Shown piece by piece: positions 34,887-47,500 of a DNA stretch of 64,000 nt. Numbering within the stretch: position 1 is the stretch's first letter; every line of letters begins with the position of its first letter. Both the position numbers and the translations under genes were made by a program. Below the pieces are notes generated by a model. That model was given only the letters and a program-made list of their open reading frames with translations, had not been told where the DNA came from and did not search any database. Source of the stretch: Albugo candida (Eukaryota); contig JBDOQK010000028.1 in assembly GCA_040437565.1 (NCBI GenBank), forward strand, positions 124,001 through 188,000, read 5' to 3'.

Positions 34887-35576
34887 GATGAACGTCACAG
34901 AAATAGTGTATTATCAAGACGTAAACCTAGCACCGTGTTTACTTTGTTTCTAATTTATTCTTTCAACACAAATGCATTATGCGGATGTGCTTTTACATAC
35001 ACAAAAGATTACCGCAGCTTTCTTACACTAGGGGGATAAGCAGCTTGGTACCCTCTACAAGGTCATGTAGTAACAGATTTCGAACCAGATTTTTTCGGAA
35101 TACTTCTGGTGTGCTTGGAATCTTTTGCACTCGAGATAATCAGTTCGCTTGATCCATCTGCTTGAGTGACTCGATGATGTGAAATTGAAAATCAATGAAC
35201 GAGAAGTTGGTGCGACCAAGTATACCACCTGGAGTGATGTCGAAATATATAAGCGACCAATTTCTGCAAATATAGCGGAGAGGATTGTGTAGACACCACT
35301 AACCACATCTCTCTCCTTCGTATTGGAGTTTAAATTAAACAAACTGCAGCTGGAGGCAACGCATTCATTCCACCAGCTCAACTAAAAAGTACGACATGTC
35401 GACTATCTTGTTCGTACCCGAAAAATGTCAGTTTTGAGCTTGTAGGATGTAGCAGGAATCAGATGCCTGCACTACTTGCCTATATATAACAATGCACTTT
35501 TATGAGATAAGCTCTTGCCCTTTTATCAAAAGATATAAATTTATATTATACCGCGCTATGAATTGCTGAATATACA

Positions 35577-38500
35577 TTACACATGTGCAGTAAGGGATGC
35601 ACGATGCCACGAGTTCGTAGCTGTACAAATGTACAAATAGGAAGAATCATAACTGATCATACCTCGAGTGCAACTCGACCCAGCGGTGATTGTTCCAAAA
35701 CTACCATCGAATATCACAGTCCCGCCTGTTAAAACGGTGTTGGGCGATTTCAACGTCATGCTGCTTGCACCATTAATTTCCATCGTGTTACCAGAAATAC
35801 TTGCTTGCGTTGCTGAAATTGCAACATTGCCTGATGTGGATGAGACGGAAATTATGTCTTTGTACCCATCATTTACGGTGAAGTCATGAAGCTCAACAGA
35901 CAAGTCTCCGTGTAATGTCGTCACGCCAGTGACCGTGACCGAAGTTGCCGAGGTAAGCTCGATAGATGAATCCGTTGAAGTAATTGATACAGCTTTGGCG
36001 CTCCCTGACAGTGTATTGGAAGAAACCGTTAGAAGTTTGGTGGATGATCCAGTTTGGACGGTAAAAGCTCCATTTGTTGGTCCAGATCCCACCTGCACGG
36101 CCACAGAGCCTCCAGTATTGCCATTGCCACCGTATATCTTCACATCGCCGCCACGGTCCATTCCCTCGCCTGCATGGATGATGGTTGAGCCACCAGTGCT
36201 GCTTTGGCTCGAGCTATTTCCTGCAGACAGCAGTAAATTCCCACCATTACCAACAGTACCGTTCCCGACTTGAAGCGACATATTTCCAGCCGAACCTCCA
36301 TCAGAAGTTCCTGTTTGTAAAGTGACATTTCCGCTCGTAGCATTCCATGCATTCTGAGACATCACCATGATATTTCCGCTTGGAAAAGATGGTAGGCCAT
36401 GCCCACTGCCTAAAGTCAACTGGCCTCCTGTAGCCCCTGAGCTATTTCCTCCTGTGATTATTACGTCTCCTCCACTGCTCGAGCCACCTGAACCACCGTG
36501 GATATCAACTGAACCTCCATAGACAGATCCATTTCCCCCAGCTAGCATTGCCCTTCCCCCCGGGCCATGCATACTGGATCCGGCTGATGCACTGACTGAT
36601 CCACCGGGTCCATCTTTAGTGCTGCCAACTTGAAGCCGCAAATCACCGCTTTGGCCTGAAGCGGTGTTACCGCTTGCAATATCCACCGCGCCAGTAGCTC
36701 CGGAAGAAGCATTCCCTGACTGGATTGATATATCCCCACTAACTGTTCCGCTAGTTTGTGGCCCAGTGTGCAAGAACAGCCTTCCACTAGATGATGAGTC
36801 ACTTTTTCCGGTCGTGATAGAAACGCTTCCACCATTTTCAATCGTACTAGACCCACTAACAAAAGATATGTCCCCACCGCTAGTACCGTAACCGGCAATC
36901 AATTTCATAGCACCTCCTGTTTGCGTGCTACTATTTCCAGTTGTTATTGTGATACCCCCTGCTTGTCCTAATGCTGAACTTCCACTGGCAATCAGAACCT
37001 CTCCGCTGCCTCGTTCACTTGCAAGACCTGATTTTAAAATCAAGGATCCTGTGGATGGAGAATCAGCTGTTGCGATATCGATATCACCACTCGACGAAGA
37101 GAGACTACCGCCACTCAGCATATGTAGCGAGCCACCCGGTGCAGATGAGCCATTACCAGTAATGAGCGATATATCGCCACCGTTTGACCCGCCTGCACCA
37201 GATTTAAGAAGTAGATTACCACCGCCATTTTGACCTGGAGTTGAACCAGCTACAAGCGACAAATTGCCAGCTTTGCCTATGCTGTTTGTTCCAATTGCTA
37301 AAAGCATATTTCCTCCTGAGTCTCCATTTGATGTACCTGTCGAAATAGTAATCGAGCCTGCATTTCCTACGGAAGTATTTCCACTGCTGAGTGTCAGATC
37401 TCCGGTCTTTGCTAACGAATTAGCTGACGAAATCACAACACTTCCAGAGTTTGTGTCTGATGAACCAGTCTGAATGATGACAGACCCACCACTTTCGGTA
37501 GCGGAGGACCCTGCAATCATTTTGACAGCTCCTCCAGGTCCTCCAGTACTTCTTCCACCGAAAAGTGATACTGATCCCCCATTTCCATCAATAGATTCTC
37601 CGGAAAAAAGAGACACATTACCACTTGACCCGCTTGTTGCTTTCCCACTATGTATTTCTAGACTACCTGAAGATATCCCTTGACTGCTAGAGATGATAAG
37701 ATCCCCACTTGTGAACATATTGCTCTGACCACTTGTGATACTGATAGAGCCGCCAGTAATATGGCCGCTACCAGCGGAGAGAGACAAATTTCCACCATTA
37801 TTACTGTTGCTACTACCTGCACTAATCGTAATTGGCCCACCGTGTCCTTGGTTAGTAGCACCGACGGCCAGAGTTATATTGCCGCTGTTTAGATCACTAG
37901 ACCCGCTTTTGATTATCACTGATCCCGACGAGCTTGTACCATTACCACTTACAAGGGATAGTGATCCCGATCCTCCAAGCAGAGCTGCAGAGGCTGTTTC
38001 CAAATTTATATTACCACTCATTAACCCACTTGAGCTTCCACTGAGAAAATTCAGATCTCCACCTTTACCATTGATTGCACTTGATCTACCAGATGTCAGA
38101 GTTAAGTCCCCACCCGAGAATGTGTCCGAAGCTCCGCTAGTCAATGAAATGATTCCCCCTTTGCCACCACTATCAGTAGTAGAACCGGCAGAGAAAATGA
38201 CATTGCCTCCATTGCCAGATCCACTACTACCCACTGAAAACATCATCCCTCCACTTGTTCCACCAGTTGACGATCCAGTTGATAGAATCATACTACCTCC
38301 CAAACCAACGCTGCTTGCACCCGTTTTCAGCACTACTGACCCACTTGTTGATCCATCTGCACTTGACAATGTCACATTGCCGCTTTTCGTGCTTGCNNNN
38401 NNNNNNNNNNNNNNNNNNNNNNNNNNNNNNNNNNNNNNNNNNNNNNNNNNNNNNNNNNNNNNNNNNNNNNNNNNNNNNNNNNNNNNNNNNNNNNNNTCCA

Positions 38501-41500
38501 GATCCACTACTACCCACTGAAAACATCATCCCTCCACTTGTTCCACCAGTTGACGATCCAGTTGATAGAATCATACTACCTCCCAAACCAACGCTGCTTG
38601 CACCCGTTTTCAGCACTACTGACCCACTTGTTGATCCATCTGCACTAGACAATGTCACATTGCCGCTTTTCGTGCTTGCTGAGCTACTTGTGCCACTTGA
38701 AATGGTCACCGCTCCTCCAGCTGTAGTTCCACTTCCACCAGACAAATCAAGTGTACCTCCTACATCACTGGCGCTTGTTCCACCTCGCATAACAAATGAC
38801 CCAGCTGGATCTTGCGTGCTGTCACCTGTAAACATACTTATATTCCCTGAAGCTCGGTTACCGCTTTTGCCAGTTCTGATGTACACAGATCCAGATTTAC
38901 CAGATGCTGAGTATCCTGTGTCAATGAGAATGTGCCCTGTATCTCCATCGATGCCTTGACTTGTATGTAGCGATATATTTCCACTGGAAGATGATGAGGA
39001 CGAACCGCTCGATAAAATTAGCTGTCCACCATTGCTTGAGTTGCTAGCACCCGATGATAACAAAAGATCTCCTCCAGGACTCGACCCACTGTGACCTACT
39101 CGGAATCGAATAATTCCAGCACGACCAGCAACTGACGAACCTGAGGCCATAATTAAATCTCCACTTGATCCCATGATGCTGTTTCCAGTCGTTAGAGAGA
39201 TGTTTCCCGTGCCCGAGGATACTGAGCTAGAAGGAGTACTGAGTGATAGGTCTCCAGTAGCGAATGTATCGCCCTCTCCACTGTTCAGCTGGATATTTCC
39301 ACCTTGCACACCACCCTTACCGGCTTGTATCTGAATTGAACCACCCGTTCCGGTACTGCTCATACCTGCTGTCAGACTTATCAGTCCGCCGCTTCCTTTT
39401 ATTCCATCTCCAACGCTTAGACCCAAATCTCCTCCAGCTCCTTCATTTCCTTCCCCGGTTTGCAAACGCATCGCGCCGGATGATTTTGTGGCGCTTTTAC
39501 CGCTCGCAAGTGTGATTGATCCTGATCTTCCCTGCTCGAAAGCATCCGCTGACTTTATACTGATATTCCCCGTAGTTGCGGACGTGGAACTCCCACTGGA
39601 GACGTTGATACTTCCTCCATCTTTCGAACCGTTTCCAGCGGATAGCGAGATGCGACCACCTTCACCAGTACTGCTTCCTCCAGCCAATAATGAAATGAAT
39701 CCTGTATTGCCTTTATTGGACGACCCGGTCGATAGGATAGCATCACCACTCTGACTACTAGCTGTGTTACCTGTCGAGAATTTTAAAGCTCCACTTCGTG
39801 CCATTTCCTCAGCACCGGCAGTTGCGATTACAATTCCACCACTCGCTTTCGTAGACCCAGTGTTACTCAAATTGACGATACCTGCGCCAGATGAATCACC
39901 CCTTCCCGACATGATGCTGACATTTCCGCCTGATCCACCTTTTGTCGAACCGCTGTTAATTGTTACAGTACCTCCGTTTCCAGAGGTCGTACTTCCTACA
40001 TTTAGACTTATGCTACCACCAGGTCCATTGCTTGTTTTGCCCGACATTAGCTTGACAGAACCTGAAGTAGGATTGGCGCTCCATCCATCATTGTTAGCCA
40101 GGGATCCACTGTAGATAGCACGTTCGTTATCGGGCGTTGATAATATGACATCTCCACTCTTCATTTCACTCAAACCGCTGGCGATAGACACACGACCACC
40201 TTGTTTGATCCCAGCGCCTGCTGATAAGGTGACATCACCCCCAATAATTCTTTGGGTGCTGTCGAAAAGAGACTGCTTTAGATTCCCATCAAAGGTTCGG
40301 TTGCCTACACTGATGTGAATTGATCCACTCGCATCATCGCTGTCTCCAGTGCTGATGAAAACATCTCCGGATACACCTTTCTTACCAGAACCCGTCACAA
40401 TATTGACAGCGCCAGAATGACCAGAATCTCCTCCATCATTCGTCGAAAGGCTGATATTGCCACTTGCACCATCATTACTCCTACCACTCCGCAAATTGAC
40501 TGATCCACCTATTCCTACACCATCGTTTATATCTCCACCATGCAGACTTATTGCCCCACCGAATCCTTTATTTCCAGATCCAGAGTGTAGAGCTATGGAT
40601 CCCGATCCACCTTTTTGGGCCTTGCCCGTAGTAATAGATACTGTCCCGCTTGAGCCATCAGAAGCGTGCCCCGTACTGGCAAATATATCACCACTCATAC
40701 CACTCAATCCTACAGTGGAAGTTGCAAACATGATGTCACCACCACCCTTATCAGAACCATGACCACTTTGCAGTCTGATGCTGCCACCTTGTGAGCCACT
40801 ACCACTAGTTAGTTGTATCGACCCACCGATCGAATCTAAACCAGAAGAATTTCCGGAATTAAGCTCGATGGAGCCTCCGACTACATCACTTCCGCTACCA
40901 GTATTCATGATTATGGAGCCACTCTTACCACCTTTGGTGGAGCCGGTAATCAACTCTATGTCTCCACTTGACCCCGAGGCCATCTTACCCGTCCGCCAGC
41001 TTCCGGAATCCTCATGACTTGGTCGAGCAGACTCTATTATTATGTTACCACTGCTGCCATAAACACCTCTACCGCTCTGAATATGTACGATTCCACCAGC
41101 AGCTGTAGCATCTGAAGTGTTTCCAGCCTTCATCGCTATACTCCCTCCTTTTCTGGCAATGGTATTCCCAACCGCGACTAGCAACTCTCCAGCCCTTCCG
41201 TCAGATGAATCTCCAGTACCAAGCTCGATCGAACCGGAAGTTCCGGCCTCGCTTGTACCAGTGTGAAAAGACAATTTTCCTGAATTTTGATGATGCGAGG
41301 CTTTAAACGTCTCTATTTCTACTTCTCCAGAAGCACGGTCCTGACTCCCACCAGATAAAATGGTTATATTCCCACCAGAAAGTGATCCCCATCCTCCTCT
41401 GATGATAGTATTACCTCCTACGAATGAACTGTTTCCACTAGACATCAAGAGATTACCACCAAGCGACCCACGACTCCTTCCGACACTTAGCATAATATTT

Positions 41501-44500
41501 CCTGCATGAGAGAGGTTCGAATTCCCCGTGCTAATCATAACGTTTCCGCTTGGGGTAGCCATAGAGTCCCCAGTACTGATTTTAACCAAGCCTGTGCTTC
41601 CGTCCCCAACCGCAGATGAAGACAGGATAGATATTGATCCACTATTTGATTCTGTGCTTTTACCAGTGTGCATTGAAATAGATCCACCTGCTTCTTCCAG
41701 ACTATCTCCGGCAACTAATCGAATCTCACCTCCTGTTCCAGATTTTCCTTTTCCAGTCTGCAAGGATATAGATCCCGCAGAATTTTTTGCCGAGTTTCCT
41801 GATCTGATTATGACCTCTCCACTCTTATGAGAAACTGTCTTGCCGGAAAAGATACTGATAGCTCCTGATGAACCAGTGTCGAGATTCGAATCAGAGCCGA
41901 GAAGTATGTCTCCTGAGCGTACCCGTCCAGTGCCAGTAGTAAGTTGAATACTTCCACCTATATGCTCCTTGCTTCGACCAGCGGATATAAAAGTGTTTCC
42001 TGCCGCCACTGTGCTGTCGCCTGAGCTTAGTTCGATGCTACTGCCATTTTGCGCGATACTTGATCCAGGTGCCATTTTGATATTGCCTGCTCGCAACCCG
42101 GCTCCACCCGTAGCGATCGTTAAATTTCCTGAATTCAGACCAGCTTCACCGCTCGTAAGTGACAGACTTCCAGATTGCCCTAAACTGCTCGTGTTGCCTG
42201 TGCTTATGGAAATTTTACCACTCGAATAGTTTCCCGGTCCTGACCGTAGCTCAATCAATCCGCTTCTATCCAAAGAAGTACTTGAGATCACGGCAACATT
42301 GCCCCCTGATTCTGACGACGAATAGCCTGCACCGACTTCTATATCACCACTTTTACCGGTCTTAGTATCACCCGTTCGAATGAGAATTTTGCCAGAATCA
42401 CCATCTTCAGCTAAACCAGATCTAAGACTGAGCTTTCCGCTTTCACGCTCGGCTGAAGCTGTGGAAACGAAGAGACTTCCTGATACTTCTTGACTTGATC
42501 CAGATGTAATGTTGACAGCTCCTCCAAGCTTACCAGTACCACCCTGCATCTGTAAGCTCCCCCCGGTAGATTCTACTGAAGACCCTCCAATCAGATGTAC
42601 ATCACCAGCATGATTCTGTTTGTTCTTTCCAGATTTGAGAGTCACACTTGTAGCAGGCCCATTCATAACATCGCCGTTGCCTATCGTGATCTTCCCTGCC
42701 GAGCCACCAGCCGAGTTCCCACTGACCATAGTGATGCTTCCAGAGTTTCCAATAGATGGTAAATTTGAGCTTGCAATTTTTATGCTCCCGCTAGAGCCCG
42801 TGTAGCCATTTCCGTGACCGCTGATTACTTGAATTTCACCAGATGTATCTCCATTTCCACTGCGCACCAATATGGAACCACCAAGCTTTTTACCATAACC
42901 TGACTGCAGAATTAAATTCCCGCTTGCACCTTGACTTGCATTTCCCGATTCTAATGCTAAATCACCACTACTTTGTTCAGCTGTTCCAGAGAAAAGTTCG
43001 ATTTTCCCCGACTTAGGGCTATGTGCTGTTTTGAAAAGAAAACTTCCTGATGTAGACGATTGGCTCCTCCCTGACTGAAGTTGAATACCTCCACCTATTG
43101 ACTTGTCTGAATCTCCACCATACATACGAACTCCTCCACTGGGACCCATTGAGCTTCCTGCCGATAAAGTCAAGAATCCCGAGCTATTTGATCCATTACC
43201 TGATCCCAAATTGATATTACCCGAGTTTGATGAAATACCGCTTGACATCACTATCCTGCCAGATTTGCCGTCCTTTGCTGATCCGGTTTGCAAGAGAAGA
43301 TGGCCTGAATTGTGGAGGGAATCGGGAGCTGTAGACAACCTTGTATCACCACTATCACGCTCAATGCTCGTTCCTGATTCTATCTGAACTGAGCCTCCTT
43401 TTCTTGAAGTTGACATCCCACCTATCAGAACGAGATCACCAACTCCTAGGGATGAATTTCCGGCTGAGATGATAACAGACCCACTATTGGAATGAGAAAC
43501 CCCAGAGCTTATCTCAACATCACCACTTCCACCTTGCTGTGAAACTCCGCTCGCCAGACGAAGCTGACCACTTTTTTTACCTCGGCCTGAAAGAATGGAC
43601 ACACGTCCTCCGATCTTGTTAGATTCGCCACTTTTGATATCAACGTCACCTCCGTCAACTTTATCACTTGATCCAGCTATGATTTTGATATTGCCAGAAT
43701 CGTAAGTGCCATTTCCAGAGAGAATGGCAACATTTCCAGCAAACTCTGAGTTTTCGGATCCACTTTTTAGTACAATGCTACCTCCCTTTCCATGTTTAGC
43801 ACTTCCACTTACTAAACGTATGTCGCCAGTACTTTGATCCTTTTGAGAGGTCACCGCAGTAGAAAGTTCAATGATTCCACTCTCACCTCTCCCACTAATG
43901 AGCCTAATCGAGCCACCATCCGCATTTTCGAAATTCGTTGCATCAATATTCACACTTCCCGATCTACCAGCCGAAGCGTCTCCGGACTTAATAGTAAGAT
44001 TGCCTCCTTTCGATACACCAGTCCCACCGACGATATTGGTCGTACCGCCCGTGTCGGCCTTCCCACCACTTGCTAACAGCATACCACCCATGGCAGCTAT
44101 GCCTTCATTCGACCCCGCGTTGATGACCACACCACCTGACAATGCTGGATCAGTAGATAAACCTGACTCAAGGTATATATTTCCGGGTGCTGATAAAGAC
44201 TTCCCCGTTTTCAGTGATAAAGAACCCGAGCCGAAGCGACTTGATACTGTTGAGATTTGGACACTTCCCGAAGACCTGGAATCTGAGCTACCTGAGTTTA
44301 TGATTATGTCACCACCTGGTTCAGGACCGGATGATCCTGCTGAGATATTCACGGCTCCACCTTGACCGTTCGAATCTCCTCCAGCCAAATTCAGCTCTCC
44401 AGACAATTTACGTGAGAAACCTGTGATAATCCGTATTCCACCTGACTTATGTGTTTCAGTGTCGTCATTCGTTCCTGAGCTGATCTCGATATAGCCGGAT

Positions 44501-47500
44501 TTATCTCTTCTAGAAATACCAGAATGTAATAGAATGTTACCACCAGGCTGAGACGAGAAAGATCTGCCTGCAGATAGATTGATGTCTCCATTACGACCTC
44601 CATATCCGTCTCCAACACGAAGCTGGATACCTCCAGTGCCTTTATTCACAGAGTCCCCGGTGGTCAACGCAACTGCGCCACTCTCCCCACTCTTTGCTAT
44701 GCTGGAGCCAACCAAGACATTTCCGCTTGCGCCCCACTTACCAGGTTTTGCCGAAGTGATATTGATGGAACCACTTGCGGCTGCAGCGCCCGACCCTGAA
44801 GTGAAGGAAATGGACCCACCGGTACCGTTTGCTTGCATCACATCACCAGCTTTTATTTTGACATTTCCTCCCATAGAGCTACTTTCACCCGCGCTCATGA
44901 TGATCTCACCTGCGCTCGATGCGGGTGCATCTCCAGAAAGTATCTTTATCGCTCCTGATTTACCACCAGCTGCAGAACCACTATTGAACGTGATCGACCC
45001 TGAATGCGGCAATTCAATGTCTGCATCAGCTGTGGAGACTTGAACGTCACCTGTGTTTGTCTTTGTTCTTGGGCTTATATTGAATCGCCTATGACGTGCA
45101 TGGAGGGCTGCAACCAAATCGAGTATGATTTTCTGTTTATCCAGCTGATGAAATTTCTTGATCGAAAATCCGGACTCCTTGAGTGCAAATTCCTCGGCCA
45201 CTGTTACATATTCCGGAAAAACTTGGGCAGCCTGTTGAGCAATGACACCTCGAACCACCTCATCTTTCATTCCTCTGATGCGCTGCCATTCATCCGTGTA
45301 TCGATACTGCTTGATTTCCAGTTTCTGCAGCCGCTGTAGAATCTCTTCTTCATCCACGTCATCTATCATATGCTTAACTCTTCGATCGGATGGAGAGATA
45401 ACTTGTGGAATCTGTGCTGGCACTTGACTGACGATCATGTCTGGGCGGATACGCATGATAATGCCGTCGCTAACGTTTGTGTCGGAGATCTCGAGAAGAG
45501 TTTCGTTGCTCGATCGTAACTTTGTAAACTCACCATGTAACGTGACATTGTTGTTCATACTGTACAGCATAGCTTCTCCATCTCGGTTTAGTTGTATACC
45601 CGATTTATTGCTTGGTAGATGAGCACCAAATGAAACCCCACTGTCCCCTTCACCACCGACAACTTCGATATCATAGTTCTGATTCGAGTTTGCTGCACTC
45701 CCCAAATATATCCGCCCATTTTGAGCTTGAGTTGAGTTTCCACCTTGTATCATGACTTCGCCTCCAGTCCCCATTTCTGAAAAACCACCAGACAGAAGCA
45801 CGGATCCCCCATTTCTCTGTCCATGAGAATGGCCACCTATAACCTCCGCGTTTCCTCCATCCGAAAGGATCGAGTTACCTCCGTGTAGAGATGTTTTACC
45901 TCCTTCACCGGCGACACTTGACCCAGCAGCAATATTGACAATACCACCGTAACCAGATCCAGAACTGCTGCCACCCATAATTTTTATCGTACCGGCGTCT
46001 TTCAAGTCTGTCTTTCCAGATGATAAAATCACGTCACCGGAATGACCTCCTTTAGTGGCTGCGGACGATTCAACTGTAATTCGGCTGCTACTTTCCTTAC
46101 CACTTCCGCTCTTCAAAGTAATGCCTCCTCCCGCTGCTTCTTCACTCTTTCCACCTAATATGTTGATATTTCCAGTTTGATGATTACTCCCACCTGTTTT
46201 GATATCAATATTCCCACTATAAGAATCATCTGCGTCCCCAGAAGCGATATGGACATTCCCGGTATGCGATGATGATGTGCCGCTTTTGAGAGTGATGTTC
46301 CCGCTGACACCTCCAGCATAGCTTGTCGAGGTGCTTCTCAAATCTACTTCTCCACTCGATAGCTTTCCACTACCCGATAAAATCTTCACACTGCCCCCAA
46401 GATAACTTTCACTTGACCCCGCGCTCAAAAGTACATCTCCTCCCGATACCATGCCGGAGTTCTCACTGGCAATTCCACCAGTCAGATTAATACTACCTGC
46501 AGTACCCTGTTTTGCCCATGAATCTCCTCCCGCGATCTTCACGCTTGCTCCTGATAGACCCGAGCTCGTACCAGCTGAAAGCCTGATTTCACCTGATTTT
46601 GCAAGTGCGTGCGATTCTGTGCGAAGTTCTAATTCACCACCTTGGTCCGACAAAATTCTGACTGATCCTCCAATTTCAGAATTGCTACTAGTCCCACTGC
46701 GCACCATTACATCTCCAGCTCTGGAAAGAGTCGAGTTACCACTACTAATAACAATACTCCCACTCGATCCCTTTGTAGTTAGCCCTGTAAGTAGATGTAA
46801 CGACCCTGAATCACCATGTCGGCTCAAGCCAGTGCCTACATTTACTGAGCCACTTCCAAAGGATTTGGCACCACTCATAACACTTACCCCACCCGAGACT
46901 GTCTCAGCACTTTCGCCACTACGGATTTCAATTGATCCACCGTGGTCGGATCCTGCACTGCTACCACCAACTAGGGACAGTTTTCCTCCTGAAGCATATT
47001 TGCTGGACCCGCCATGAATACTGATAGTCCCAGAGGAGCCACCACCAGCTCCTCCAGTCGATATACTGACATTCCCGCTTTGCCCATCAAAAACTTTCCC
47101 ACTAGATACGCTTAGGTATCCACTGATTCCATTTCCAGCAACATCAGATGTCACTAGACGAAGTTGTCCGCTCCTGCCACTATCCATTTGAGCACTTCCA
47201 CTTTTGAAAAGAATCTCTCCACCTTGTAATACGCCTGATCCTCCAGCCATTACGACTTTGCCAGCTTCAGATTCAGAATTGAATGTATCGCCCCCAATTA
47301 CGTGAACATGACCTGCGGAGAAACCAGGCTTTGAAAGCCTTGAGAGAGATGTGCCTCCTTGTATCGTTATATTTCCGCCTGATCCAGCTACGCTATCGCC
47401 GCCTCGTAAGTCGGTCCTTCCTGCACGGAGAGTTGATTGACCCGTAGTGAGAGTTAGGTTCCCAGAGTACCGCTTGGATGACTTTCCAGAAGTGATGAAG

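Noticed and set aside
35055-35381. 108-aa minus-strand ORF between the J-protein and the giant gene
   Set aside because: TTG start, no motif, and located in the promoter/terminator interval.
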